A stretch of DNA of 64,000 nucleotides, taken from positions 1 to 64,000 of IMG/VR virus record IMGVR_UViG_3300046008_000478; one strand, 5' to 3'. A program made the position numbers and the translations under genes. The notes beneath the pieces were generated by a model. It had not been told where the DNA came from. It worked only from the letters and a program-made list of their open reading frames with translations, and searched no databases. Source of the stretch: a virus. Of the stretch, positions 1 to 9,377 are shown piece by piece; within the stretch, counting starts at the first letter, position 1, and each line of letters begins with the position of its first letter.

Positions 1-403
1 CCAGTAGCTTGTTTTTAGGATCGATCCACACCTGGGTAGTTGAGATCTTTGAGAATGCATGAGGGAGGAGGGCGAGCTTTGCGTCTTCCGAGATCTCGCG
101 CTTCTCTTTCTTGCCTGGCTTGCGGCCGGTGGTGGCTTCAATGTGGGCGCACTGCTCATCCACCTTGCGCTTGATGACGTCGGCCGGCACTTGCTTGGAC
201 TCGATCATCAGCTTCAGGATGATCTGGCCGGCAACTTGCTCAAACAGTGGGCCAAACATTTGGTCGCGTGGCGATGTCCAGCCCATGGATTTTTCTTGAC
301 TTGCGCCGCAGGGCACGAAGGCATGCGCCTGCAGTGCATCCTCAATGACAAGGCCTTCCGCTGGAAGTACGGCGATACGGAAAATGACTGCGTTTTTAAA
401 CAT
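1..403 (-). CDS. rdgC: Recombination-associated protein RdgC (partial, runs off window start)
   Basis: Not in ORF track. Manual translation from ATG at 403: MFKNAVIFRI...AFVPCGASQEKSMGWTSPR...IESKQVPADVIKRKVDEQCAHIEATTGRKPGKKEKREISEDAKLALLPHAFS...VWID, typical RdgC N-terminus. Confidence 0.9.
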   Translation of the reverse strand, partial: MFKNAVIFRIAVLPAEGLVIEDALQAHAFVPCGASQEKSMGWTSPRDQMFGPLFEQVAGQIILKLMIESKQVPADVIKRKVDEQCAHIEATTGRKPGKKEKREISEDAKLALLPHAFSKISTTQVWIDPKNKLL

Positions 404-555
404 GGTTCTCTTTCAAAATAAGTGGTCGGGATTTGCCGGGGTATTCGAGGGACTTAACCCTGCGTCACCCGGCCTATGCATCGCTGATTTATCCCGGTGC
501 GGTATCCGCTTCTCAGTTCATCCAGGGAGCGACCCTGGCTTCATCTTGCTTGGGC

Positions 556-1041
556 CTAGAAGGGGATGTCGTCTGACATGTCATCAAACCCGCTGCCCTG
601 AGCAGGCGCCTGGCGGGCAGGCTGCTGGCGCTGTGGAGCCTGCTGGTATCCAGGCTGACGCGGAGGCTGCTGGCGGGGTGCCTGGGCCTGCTGGCGCTGT
701 GGTTGCTGCTGACCTTGTGGTGCATCACGGCGATCCGTCAGTTCCACATCATCGATGCGACCAACCATCTTGTGACCCTCTCCTCCATCGTTCTTTTGGT
801 AGGTCTCAATGTGCAAGTCCGTCAGGTGGAAGACGTGCTGTGATCCCTTGACCAGCATGGGCGCCAGGGTCTCTGCGCGCTGGCCAAACAAGGAACCCTC
901 GATCCATTGGGTGGGGCGGTTTCCGTCTTGGCCTTTTTTCCCATGGTTGAATGCCAGGGAGACATTGGCGACAGCGGTTCCGTCTGGGAGAAAGCGGCAC
1001 TCACAATCGCGTCCGATGCGGAATAGGCCTGATGATTTCAT
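556..1041 (-). CDS. ssb: Single-stranded DNA-binding protein
   Basis: OB-fold N-terminus, Q/P-rich linker, acidic C-terminal FDDMSDDIPF. Confidence 0.93.
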   Translation of the reverse strand: MKSSGLFRIGRDCECRFLPDGTAVANVSLAFNHGKKGQDGNRPTQWIEGSLFGQRAETLAPMLVKGSQHVFHLTDLHIETYQKNDGGEGHKMVGRIDDVELTDRRDAPQGQQQPQRQQAQAPRQQPPRQPGYQQAPQRQQPARQAPAQGSGFDDMSDDIPF

Positions 1042-1065
1042 AATTTTCTTTCGTGGTTGTGGTTG

Positions 1066-1716
1066 TTACAGGCCAGCCATCTGGCGCATCTTTTTCTCTT
1101 CGGCATCCAGCTCCATCAGGAACTGCAATACACCGGCTTCGTGGGCTCGAATCTCTGCTTCGTTGCGCTCAACGCGGATGTGGAACTGCTGCAGCTTGGC
1201 AGGGAGACGATTGTCGTAACTCATGAAGTCTGCGAAGTCGGCGCCCGTGATCCACAGGTTGTGCGTGACCTGGGCCTTGTAGGTGGACGGCAGCACGCCC
1301 GCATTCAGGTAGCCCCAATGGGTCTTGCTCTTTGGGCACTTGGCCTCGTAGATCCCGCGGCGACCGCCGTCAGTGATGAAGCCGTCCACGCTGCAGCCAG
1401 CCTTGATTCCGCTGGCCAGGTAGACAAACCCGGACTCCTCAATGTCCAAGCCCTTGGCCATCTCGTAGGCCATGCGTGCGTGCGGCTCTTGCTCGGTTCC
1501 CCAGGCCATCTCAGGGCTGGTGTAGCCAAACGGCTCGGACACGCCGGTGATGCGCTCCAGCAGCAAGGTCATACGCAAGTCGGCGCGGGTGGCCGCCTCT
1601 CCAGACTTCACTTGCGCGAAGACGGCAGAGCAGGCAGATCCAGTGACCATGCCAAGCCTGGATTTAAACCACTCGGGCGTACCTTGCTCATGCTCACAAA
1701 CGATATAGCGGCTCAT
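1066..1716 (-). CDS. YqaJ/lambda-exonuclease family recombination nuclease
   Basis: EQGTPEWFKSRLG, MAWGTEQE, CSVDG, EAKCP, AQVTHNLW motifs; adjacent to annealase. Confidence 0.9.
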   Translation of the reverse strand: MSRYIVCEHEQGTPEWFKSRLGMVTGSACSAVFAQVKSGEAATRADLRMTLLLERITGVSEPFGYTSPEMAWGTEQEPHARMAYEMAKGLDIEESGFVYLASGIKAGCSVDGFITDGGRRGIYEAKCPKSKTHWGYLNAGVLPSTYKAQVTHNLWITGADFADFMSYDNRLPAKLQQFHIRVERNEAEIRAHEAGVLQFLMELDAEEKKMRQMAGL

Positions 1717-2474
1717 TTCGATACTCCTTCAAGTTTTGCTTTTGCATTAGCGCAATGGACCTTGACTGCGTTCCAGCCAATGACATCTCCGGCAGCCGTA
1801 AACTCTTCAGCTGCCAGGCTGCGGGTGACGCGCAGCGCTTCGATGTTGATTGCCGCATCTGCGCGCGCCATCCAGGTTTCAACAGCACTGCGCTGGTCGT
1901 AGTCCACCGGCGCCTGGCTGGACCCGTGTCCGTCGTCATCCGGCAGATCCATCGTGGCCAAACCGCAGGCGGCCAACAGCGTGTAGCGAGATAGATACGT
2001 CACCGAAGATGCAACCTGCTGGATGGCATTCTTCTTGCCGCTGTTGTCCGCCGTGGATTCCATGGTGGTGGACTCACTGTGTCCCAAGCGGTGGGTAATC
2101 TTGCAGGTGACGGTGATCAGTCCGTTGACTTGCTTGGTCTCCCAGCTATGGCTGAACCCGTGGCGAGCCAATGCCTCTACCACCGCCTTAGCCACATCAC
2201 CCAGGGTTGCATGGCTGTACGACGTTCCAGAAAACGCCACCTGCTTGGTCTTGTAGATCTCGGGCGGATTACGCTTGAACTCAGCCATGTCGGCCACATA
2301 ACTTTTCCTGGCTTCGTTAGACTCCCAGTCCTTTTGCAGACCCATAAGTCCTTGCATCTGCTCAATGGTCATGCCAGCCTGCAGTGCAGCGATAGCGCTG
2401 GCCATGGGCCCAGAGAACTGGGTTGGCTGCACTGCGATGGCGCCGGCGGCGGAGGTTTCTACGATTGCATTCAT
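1713..2474 (-). CDS. ERF-family single-strand annealing protein
   Basis: YSHATLGDV, ITHRLGHSE, SSVTYLSRYTL...DDDG motifs. Confidence 0.88.
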   Translation of the reverse strand: MNAIVETSAAGAIAVQPTQFSGPMASAIAALQAGMTIEQMQGLMGLQKDWESNEARKSYVADMAEFKRNPPEIYKTKQVAFSGTSYSHATLGDVAKAVVEALARHGFSHSWETKQVNGLITVTCKITHRLGHSESTTMESTADNSGKKNAIQQVASSVTYLSRYTLLAACGLATMDLPDDDGHGSSQAPVDYDQRSAVETWMARADAAINIEALRVTRSLAAEEFTAAGDVIGWNAVKVHCANAKAKLEGVSK

Positions 2475-3589
2475 GCTGGTTCTCCTGTTGCTTGTTCAAT
2501 GACTCGCTCGATAGTTTCGGCAAGCTTGTCCTGCGAGATGGGTGCTCCTGACCGGAGGCATGCGAGGATTGCCTGCAGCGTCCCCAATAGTTCCGGCGCA
2601 GCGTTGCGAACCCGGCTGCACTTTGTTTCTTCAAGGATGCGGGCCTGGGCCTTCTCGTCTTCAATGCGCTGCTTCTCTGCGCGCTCGGCGGATGCGATGT
2701 CGTCCAGGCGCTTGCGCTCGGCAGCGGCCGCATCGTCAATGACCTTTTGCTCCGCGGCGCGCTGTGCACGAATCACAGCAACCTCGGCGTCCAGCTGGTC
2801 CTGCTTTGCCTTGAGCTCTGCTCGGGCAGCGGCATCCTTGGCGTCTTGAAACTCTTGCTTCTCCCGCTCAAAGGTGGCGCGCTCCAGCGCAATGACCGCA
2901 GCTTGGGCTGCTTGCGCTGCAGCTGCGCACGCTGCGTCTTGCTCTTGCGCTTGGCGGACTCGCTCGATTTCGCGCTGCTGCTCCAACACGCGGGACACTT
3001 GCACCTCGGCCGCATAGGTTGACTCCTGCAGCTTGGCCAGCGACTCCAGTGTGGCCAGCTTGGCTTGCTGCGCCTCACCAGCACGGGACCCGAAGATCTC
3101 CAGGCTGATCTCGATTTCTTCCAGCGCATCCACTGCGCAAGCAATGTCGGCAGATGACTGACCGACCAGAGTCACATCAAAACCCAGCGCGGTAATGCGT
3201 GCTTGGATCTTTTCAGCCTGCTCTTTTTCTGCCAGCTCCAGAGCCGCTGCCAAGGCGGCCTTGCGCTCTTCTTCGGATTTGATGGCGTCGTCCCATGGGC
3301 CTTCAATGGCCAGCAGCTCGGCAGTGATGCGTGCTGCCTCGGAGTCGATCAGCTTGGCATGCGCCAGGGCGGGGGCCTTGAGTGCCTTGCGGATCTTTTC
3401 GCACTCATAGCGTGGTGCACGGATCTCGGCACGCGCCTCTTTGGCGTAGGCAAGGGAGGATGGCGTACCAACCTCGATCACCACGCCAACGTACTTGCGC
3501 TTGAGCTCGGCCAGGCCAGCCGCCACCGGGCTGTACTCGCCAATCTCTGTCACGAGTTCCGGTTCAATCAATTCAATTGAGTCAGTCAT
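2471..3589 (-). CDS. Coiled-coil protein of the recombination operon
   Basis: Long A/E/K/Q-rich helical ORF; ATG at 3589 preceded by AGGAGAG. Confidence 0.7.
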   Translation of the reverse strand: MTDSIELIEPELVTEIGEYSPVAAGLAELKRKYVGVVIEVGTPSSLAYAKEARAEIRAPRYECEKIRKALKAPALAHAKLIDSEAARITAELLAIEGPWDDAIKSEEERKAALAAALELAEKEQAEKIQARITALGFDVTLVGQSSADIACAVDALEEIEISLEIFGSRAGEAQQAKLATLESLAKLQESTYAAEVQVSRVLEQQREIERVRQAQEQDAACAAAAQAAQAAVIALERATFEREKQEFQDAKDAAARAELKAKQDQLDAEVAVIRAQRAAEQKVIDDAAAAERKRLDDIASAERAEKQRIEDEKAQARILEETKCSRVRNAAPELLGTLQAILACLRSGAPISQDKLAETIERVIEQATGEPA

Positions 3590-3610
3590 GTTTCTCTCCT
3601 GTAAGCCTAT

Positions 3611-3659
3611 ATTATGCCGAACAGCAAACAAAATGTCAACACAAAGTTGACATGTTTGC
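3611..3659 (-). promoter_or_regulatory. Sigma70-like promoter for recombination operon with overlapping inverted repeat
   Basis: Minus strand TTGACA-17nt-CATAAT; palindrome ATGTCAAC-N5-GTTGACAT (3633-3653) over the -35 box. Confidence 0.7.
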
Positions 3660-3667
3660 AAGGGTAT

Positions 3668-3970
3668 TCAGACGGGTCGGATTAAGCCGCGCTCAAAGAG
3701 CTGGCCGATGGTTTTGCGATGGGCCTCGTCCCACTGCTCGATGCGCTCAGCCTTGCTGAGATTCTTCCCGCTGTCGATTTCCACATGGCATGCTGGGCAC
3801 AGTGCGGCCACCCGCCAGGGGTAGGACTTCAGGCTCATGCCCTTGCCATCCTTGGATTGATTCGAGTGCGCAACCTGGGTGCCATGTCGACCGCACAGCT
3901 GGCACTCCAGTTCCGCCACGGCAGCAAACAGTTTCTTCTGGTCGCCCGGGTTCATCATGGTGTACTTCAT
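3668..3970 (-). CDS. Zn-binding HNH-like small nuclease (DUF968/Ref-like)
   Basis: CQLCG...AH...ALCPACH pattern; nin-region context. Confidence 0.6.
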   Translation of the reverse strand: MKYTMMNPGDQKKLFAAVAELECQLCGRHGTQVAHSNQSKDGKGMSLKSYPWRVAALCPACHVEIDSGKNLSKAERIEQWDEAHRKTIGQLFERGLIRPV

Positions 3971-4380
3971 TGCGGATCCAGGTCAATGAAGTGAACGCCA
4001 AGCTCAGTCGCAGCATGGGCCTCAACCTTGGTGCAGAAATCGCAGAACTCAGCCGTGCTCAGGTTGGTAGAGCTCATGCCCTGGACTTGTCCATTTGGCA
4101 GCTCAATCACACCAATGAACTGGCGCTTGAATTGTTCATGCCACACCTCGGATGAAAACATCTTACCGCCGACCACCACCTGCTCAGTAATTTGCGCCAG
4201 CACACCGCGCCCCCAGTAGCGCTTATTCTGCTTCTTGGTGCGCTTGCGCAATGAGACCGTCAGCACCAACTGCTTGCCCGCCTGAAGCCAGTGGGCAAGG
4301 AAGGGGTAGAGCTGCTCCTTGATGACGAAGAAGGCCTGCTGCCTGTTGTGCAGGTCCAGGGTGATTGATGTTTCGCTCAT
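3967..4380 (-). CDS. ninB: NinB/Orf-family recombination protein
   Basis: KRTKKQNKRYW, EVWHEQFKRQF, SSTNLSTAEF...VEAHA motifs. Confidence 0.8.
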   Translation of the reverse strand: MSETSITLDLHNRQQAFFVIKEQLYPFLAHWLQAGKQLVLTVSLRKRTKKQNKRYWGRGVLAQITEQVVVGGKMFSSEVWHEQFKRQFIGVIELPNGQVQGMSSTNLSTAEFCDFCTKVEAHAATELGVHFIDLDPQ

Positions 4381-4562
4381 TCGCAAACACTCTCCGCAAT
4401 GCGCTGGCTGGCAAGCTCAATGCACCCGCCACAGATGGACTTCATTGCTGGGCCTTCATGCCCGTTGCTTATCATTTTTTTCACCGACCCCTCTGGCTTT
4501 TTGCAGAAGGAGCAAACCCTCTCGACTGGGTCTGGCTTGATCATTGGTATGACGTTGGTCAT
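4377..4562 (-). CDS. ClpX-type C4 zinc-finger protein
   Basis: CSFCKK...KKMI...ICGGCI. Confidence 0.7.
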   Translation of the reverse strand: MTNVIPMIKPDPVERVCSFCKKPEGSVKKMISNGHEGPAMKSICGGCIELASQRIAESVCE

Positions 4563-4720
4563 TTTGTTGGTCCAGTTCGTTCAGTTTTTCATCCAGCCAT
4601 GCCAACATGTTTTTCATGTTGTGCGGGCACTTGTTTGCGTACCAGGTGGCGGCGTCCCTGGCGTACACCTCATCGATACCGGCCACCCAGATGAGGTGGC
4701 GCAGGACGCGAGCGGGTTGG

Positions 4721-4903
4721 TCATGGATCAATGCCATACACCATCCTCCTGGCCTCCCCGGTGACCACCAGCACACCCAGCTTTTCAAGGTTCTGAAGTG
4801 CGCTTGATACCTGGGGCGCCGTCCACAAGGTGATGGCGCGCATCTCTCCAAACGTGAGGGGCCCGTGCTCCAGCAACTTCCTGGCGGCGTAGGTGCGCGT
4901 CAT
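4721..4903 (-). CDS. Small winged-helix protein
   Basis: LLEHGPLT..E......VSSALQNLEKLG.L wHTH pattern. Confidence 0.55.
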   Translation of the reverse strand: MTRTYAARKLLEHGPLTFGEMRAITLWTAPQVSSALQNLEKLGVLVVTGEARRMVYGIDP

Positions 4904-5532
4904 TGTGCGAATGGCAGGGTGAGCACGTCTATCGCCTGAAAGCTGAGTCTTGTCACCCCGTCACCACCGCCGTGGTACACGACCATGGCCAGGGCCTGGT
5001 CACCAACGACGGCTGGCGCTGGCAGTGGTATGCCTCGGCGCTGGTACTCGGCATCGGGCGACCGGTCTCCGCCCAGGCGCCGGGGATAGTCAAACTTTCC
5101 GCGACCGGTGTAGGCCTTGTGGCTCTCGCAAAACCGATGCTGCATGTAGCTGAGTTCTTTGAGCTCAGTGCGGCAGACCTTGGGCCAGCCTCCGCAGTCG
5201 GCAATGGCTGCATGGATGGCAGGGTCGTCAAAGATGATGTCCTGGTAGCTGCCGACTGCACTGGTGGCCATGAGCACCTTGCCCCAGGCGAGCTGCGCCC
5301 GGTCGGTGTAGGTGCCCGACAGGATGCGTACCACATCGGACACCTTGGGTGCGAATTGTCCGCGCTCCGGGTCGGCTGCATGGGCGCTGAGTGCCTTGCT
5401 GACCTGCTCGAAGTCATAGCCCTGGCAGGCATTCCACCACACGGTCAGGACGAACGGGGTGGCATTTTGCCGGTAGTAGGCCAGCACGTCGGTGACGAGG
5501 GCCGCAAATTCTGCTCGCTCACTGCTCTGCAT
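4900..5532 (-). CDS. Replication accessory protein (helicase-loader/DUF6475-like)
   Basis: FAPKVSDV...AWGKV...FDDPAIHAAI..GGW motifs; follows initiator. Confidence 0.65.
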   Translation of the reverse strand: MQSSERAEFAALVTDVLAYYRQNATPFVLTVWWNACQGYDFEQVSKALSAHAADPERGQFAPKVSDVVRILSGTYTDRAQLAWGKVLMATSAVGSYQDIIFDDPAIHAAIADCGGWPKVCRTELKELSYMQHRFCESHKAYTGRGKFDYPRRLGGDRSPDAEYQRRGIPLPAPAVVGDQALAMVVYHGGGDGVTRLSFQAIDVLTLPFAQ

Positions 5533-6331
5533 TTGGATCTCCTTGTGATGCCCAGTCGCTTGCGACTTTGCGGTTGTTTTGCTCCAGGGTCTCTTGCTTG
5601 TTCGGGTGGCTGCGCTGTCCAGAGCCGTGCTGGCAGGCCGCCTTGAGGTATTCCTTGGCATCGGCAGGCTGAGCAGATACGGCGGCTGCAACAGCCACTG
5701 TGACGATCTCAATGCCGTAGTCCTTCACCAGCTTGCCCATGAATGTTCGGCACTGCGCCTTGGGGCATCCGCCGTTTTCCAGAACGGATACCGCGGCTTT
5801 CCAGAGATCAGCCTTGGCAAGGTCTTCCTGGGATTTTTCAGGCGGCCCGTCTTCTGGGTCAAACGAGCCGCCGCCGGCGTCAGTACCTTCAGGTACTGAA
5901 TTACTCTTCTCTTCTCTTCTCTTCTCTTCTCTAGGTAACGATCCGCTAACGGTGCCAGCGTTACCTGTTGCGTTAGGCTTTGCGTTACCTTTGTGCTTTG
6001 CAACCCTTTTTGCCGTCAAAGCGCGGTCTTTTGCGGTTTGTCCGTTGTGCCGATCAAAGTTTGGAAGAGAGATGCCGTCATCGGTAACGATGATCCATGC
6101 AACTTTTTGCATTGCATTGATGAATCCGCTAACGCCAACGATACGGTCTAGTAACGCCGGGGTAACGCTGGGAGCGTTACCATCAATCGTTTGCTGGTCA
6201 AACCAGCGCCATAGCCTGAACAGCTTTCCAACAGTTGTGTCTGGGTCATCCCATCCCATGTGGGCTGTGATCGCGAGTACCTCCGCCTTTTCTGGGGTGG
6301 ATATTTCAAGCTTGAGCCAGTCTCCAGCCAT
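5519..6331 (-). CDS. Phage replication initiator protein
   Basis: MAGDWLKLE...GKLFRLWRWFDQ...NFDRHNG..AKDRA N-terminus; REEKRREEK linker. Confidence 0.8.
   Translation of the reverse strand: MAGDWLKLEISTPEKAEVLAITAHMGWDDPDTTVGKLFRLWRWFDQQTIDGNAPSVTPALLDRIVGVSGFINAMQKVAWIIVTDDGISLPNFDRHNGQTAKDRALTAKRVAKHKGNAKPNATGNAGTVSGSLPREEKRREEKSNSVPEGTDAGGGSFDPEDGPPEKSQEDLAKADLWKAAVSVLENGGCPKAQCRTFMGKLVKDYGIEIVTVAVAAAVSAQPADAKEYLKAACQHGSGQRSHPNKQETLEQNNRKVASDWASQGDPNAEQ
5904..6181. repeat. Putative replication origin inside initiator gene
   Basis: About seven GTAACG/CGTTAC copies (5934, 5958, 5982, 6083, 6151, 6161, 6174), ATCCGCTAACG twice (5941, 6124), (CTCTT)n tract 5904-5932. Confidence 0.5.
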
Positions 6332-6543
6332 CAAAAACCCCCAATTCTTGCGAATCCGCAAAATGGATTGCCAGTCGCCAAGCAAATAATGGGGTGGCGA
6401 GTGGCGCACCCAGCGCGCGGCGCCAGGGTAAAAAAATGAGACATCAGATTCCTTATTTCAAGGCGTATGCCAAGCTGTCTGCTGGTTGAAATTGCATATT
6501 GCAAGCTCTTGAAAGTTTGCTAAAGTGAAAACATATAGCGGTG

Positions 6544-6774
6544 TTAGATGCTGCGATGGACCTGGTTCTTGGACATGGCAATGCGGGTCTTGACCATGCC
6601 CATGGTGGTCACTTTGTTGCCAGACATCTCTTGAATGACGGGCATCCAGGCCAGCGGCATGAGCCGGCGGCTGTGCTTTACGTTGCTGATACTTCCGGCG
6701 GTGACACCGAGGGTTTTACGAAGCGTGGTTGCCAGGCCGGGGGTGGCGTCGAGCCATGATTTGAATTTATGCAT
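6544..6774 (-). CDS. Cro-like HTH regulator
   Basis: Short HTH divergent from the S24 repressor. Confidence 0.75.
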   Translation of the reverse strand: MHKFKSWLDATPGLATTLRKTLGVTAGSISNVKHSRRLMPLAWMPVIQEMSGNKVTTMGMVKTRIAMSKNQVHRSI

Positions 6775-6844
6775 AAGCTCATTATGCCGTAAGGTAAACG
6801 CAGCTGGTTGTCTACGGCAAACAGCGTGCTGATAGGATTGAAAA

Positions 6845-7531
6845 ATGATCGAGAAAAACGAACTTGCCGTGCTGCGCCGAGCGAACCTGCAGGCCTGGAT
6901 GGATGAAAAGACGGTGTCAAGAACTGACCTTGCCGCAAAGCTTGGCGTTGGTCGGGCCTACATCTCGAACCTGTTTAACCCGGATCGGTTCTTTGGGGAG
7001 AAGTCAGCGCGCTCCATGGAGGAGAAGTTGTACCTTCCAAAAGGTTACCTGGATGAAGATGGTTCCCAGGCCATGTCGGTGGAGAAGTGGGACAAGCCGA
7101 CAGACCTGCAGCCCGATACCTTTGGCCTTGTGCCGCGGTTCGACTACGTGATGCTGACGGATGGATTGATCAAGCGCCCAACCAGGATCCAGAGGAGAGC
7201 CTCCCCTCTTGCGTTTGAGCGTGCTTGGCTGATTGATGCCCGGGTGACCAGTTTAAAGAACCTGGCGTTCCTCAAGGCCGAAGGCGTGGCCATGGCTCCT
7301 TATATCAACAATGGTGACTTGGTCATGATTGATATGGGTCAGAAGAATATAGAAGATGGCCAGGTGTATGCCGTACACCATGCAGATATCCGGGTGCGCC
7401 GCGCCCACCTGAGAAAGGGTGGGGCAGTGCTGCTCAAGCCGGACAACCCTCAGATGCCGGAAGAGCTGATAGAGGCAAATGATCTGGCGTCAGTTCCGGT
7501 TCTGGGTCGGGTGCTTTGGCGGTGTGGCTAA
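6845..7531 (+). CDS. CI-like repressor (HTH + S24 peptidase-like domain)
   Basis: N-terminal HTH, FGEKSARSMEEKL, C-terminal MAPYINNGD...DNP...VLGRV; probably leaderless (TGaTAGGAT at 6830-6838). Confidence 0.85.
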   Translation: MIEKNELAVLRRANLQAWMDEKTVSRTDLAAKLGVGRAYISNLFNPDRFFGEKSARSMEEKLYLPKGYLDEDGSQAMSVEKWDKPTDLQPDTFGLVPRFDYVMLTDGLIKRPTRIQRRASPLAFERAWLIDARVTSLKNLAFLKAEGVAMAPYINNGDLVMIDMGQKNIEDGQVYAVHHADIRVRRAHLRKGGAVLLKPDNPQMPEELIEANDLASVPVLGRVLWRCG

Positions 7532-7691
7532 GCGCGATAAATCCAATCAGCTTCTCGATTGCCGGAGATGCGCCACGCTGCTCGAACCTGGCATAGGTGC
7601 GCAGTGACACACCAACCTCTTGCGCCATGCGCTCCTGGGTCCATTTTAGGCTGTTGGTGCGGATGTTGCGGATGCCAATTGCGTTGCTCAT
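7434..7691 (-). CDS. XRE-family HTH protein
   Basis: WTQERMAQEVGVSLRTYARFEQ. Confidence 0.7.
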   Translation of the reverse strand: MSNAIGIRNIRTNSLKWTQERMAQEVGVSLRTYARFEQRGASPAIEKLIGFIALSHTAKAPDPEPELTPDHLPLSALPASEGCPA

Positions 7692-7945
7692 GATTTGTCC
7701 TTAAAGCGTTCGGCCAGGGTGGCGGCGAGAAAGCACTCCCAAAGGGTTTGTGCGTGAGATCCTGGGTAGCTGTAGCCGGGCGCCGGGGTGGTCTGTGGTG
7801 AAAAACCGTTGTCCTCCAGGAAGGCGTGAAACACCTTGCGGATTGGCGCGTCCCGGTCTTGGTTTTGGATGTCAAGGCGCACACGCTCTTTGCGGGCAGC
7901 TTGGCGCGCCTCGATGGAGTTTGAAAATGATTCGCGGTCGGTCAT
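7688..7945 (-). CDS. Hypothetical protein
   Basis: ORF with AAGGA RBS, coupled in early operon. Confidence 0.55.
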   Translation of the reverse strand: MTDRESFSNSIEARQAARKERVRLDIQNQDRDAPIRKVFHAFLEDNGFSPQTTPAPGYSYPGSHAQTLWECFLAATLAERFKDKS

Positions 7946-7948
7946 GAT

Positions 7949-8842
7949 TTATCCTTTGATTTTTGCAAGGCGCAATTTGTAACTCTTGCGGGACTCGCGC
8001 TCGGTGCGGTAGTGGACCTGCAGAACGGGGTCGCTGGTCAGGTGGTCGCCAGTCTGCTCTTGGTAGCCGCCGGCCAGGCACCAGGCAATGGCGCCGTTGA
8101 TGCCGTTGAACACTGCAGCATCGCGGGCCGCCAGCTGATCAGATGTCAGGAATCCACCCAGTGGGTCTTTGATGTGCGGGTCGGCCCCAGCTTGGTACAA
8201 GACCAGGTCGCAGCCAAATTCGTTGAGCTCTTTGATGGAGTAGTCCAGCCAGAACTCAAACTCCAGCGCCTCCGTCTCCGGGTCGTCGCCGTGGAAGTGC
8301 TTGCCCTGCGTGCGGTGGATGATGCTCTTGGCCAGCACCGGGCGGCGCTTCAAGATGTCATCGGTGCCGTCTCCATAGTGCATGTCGCAGTCCAGGATGC
8401 CAATCTTCAGGCCAGGATTCTCAGACAGCAGCTTGGCGGCCGTGACCATCAAGCCGTTGAAGGTGCAGTAACCACCACCCCAGGCATGGCCAGCATGGTG
8501 GAAGCCAGAGGTGGGCGAGCACTGTGGACTCTCTGGGTACTTCAAAGCCTGTCGCGCAGACGCCAGGAGGCTGCCAGAGGTCCAAAGGCAGGCCTCTGGT
8601 ACGCGAGGGTCCCGCGTCTCGAAGCCGTTGTTCTGGACCCCGCTGAAGACCTCGTCAACATAGGTCTTGCTGTGCACACGGTACAGGTCATCCTTGGTCA
8701 CAGGGATCACCGGGCCCCGGTGGTGCGGGCCATAGTCGGTGTAGTTGTAATGCTGAAGGAGTGCTACGAAGCGCGCGGGCTTTCCGGCTGAGGGCGAGAA
8801 GCTGTTGACATCTTCAATACTTTGGCGTGCGTCGTAGAACAT
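7949..8842 (-). CDS. Histone-deacetylase (HDAC/AcuC/AphA) family Zn-dependent deacetylase
   Basis: GFHHA, GYCTFN, DCDMHYGDGT, YQAGADPHIKDPLG, LAGGY motifs. Confidence 0.92.
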   Translation of the reverse strand: MFYDARQSIEDVNSFSPSAGKPARFVALLQHYNYTDYGPHHRGPVIPVTKDDLYRVHSKTYVDEVFSGVQNNGFETRDPRVPEACLWTSGSLLASARQALKYPESPQCSPTSGFHHAGHAWGGGYCTFNGLMVTAAKLLSENPGLKIGILDCDMHYGDGTDDILKRRPVLAKSIIHRTQGKHFHGDDPETEALEFEFWLDYSIKELNEFGCDLVLYQAGADPHIKDPLGGFLTSDQLAARDAAVFNGINGAIAWCLAGGYQEQTGDHLTSDPVLQVHYRTERESRKSYKLRLAKIKG

Positions 8843-8845
8843 GAT

Positions 8846-9028
8846 TTACTTTCCCGGGTTGCCCCGTTGGTTACGTTTGATCCAGCAGTGCGAGCAGACC
8901 CAGCGGGTGGGGCTTAGCTCAATTCCGCCGCTGGGTTCTGATGGGTTGCCGCAGTTGGAACACGCCTTGAGTGGGTGGGTGTTTTTTGGTGTGCCGCCAA
9001 GGTTGAGCGGCGTATGCGAGGTTCTCAT
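8846..9028 (-). CDS. Small zinc-ribbon protein
   Basis: CSNC...CSHC. Confidence 0.5.
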   Translation of the reverse strand: MRTSHTPLNLGGTPKNTHPLKACSNCGNPSEPSGGIELSPTRWVCSHCWIKRNQRGNPGK

Positions 9029-9164
9029 AATGATAGCCGGTAGGAGACCCAGCCCAGCAGCACGCAGGCGCCAAGGCTCTGGTACTGGTATGGGTTTAGA
9101 TCATTGACTCCGCTCAGTAAAAGGCCGAGGCTGATGGTGGCCAGGACGTTGGATGCGGCGGTCT

Positions 9165-9377
9165 TCATCGGGTGACAATCGCCTCGTAGATTTCCTTACC
9201 CAAGGACTCAAGCCCGGCCTGATCAATGGTGATGGCGTAAGTGGTGCGCTTTTCCAGCGGGTTCTTGGCGTGCAGCAAGCTGGACTCAAAGGTCAGGTGG
9301 AAGTGGCCAGGCAGCGCGGCGATGGGTTTGATGTTGGCTTCCAGGATGTAGCTCTTGGATTCAGTGATTACGGTCAT
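9165..9377 (-). CDS. Hypothetical protein
   Basis: RBS and operon context. Confidence 0.5.
   Translation of the reverse strand: MTVITESKSYILEANIKPIAALPGHFHLTFESSLLHAKNPLEKRTTYAITIDQAGLESLGKEIYEAIVTR

Noticed and set aside
5904-5932. (CTCTT)n microsatellite as a phase-variation tract
   Set aside because: Encodes the REEKRREEK linker common in phage initiators
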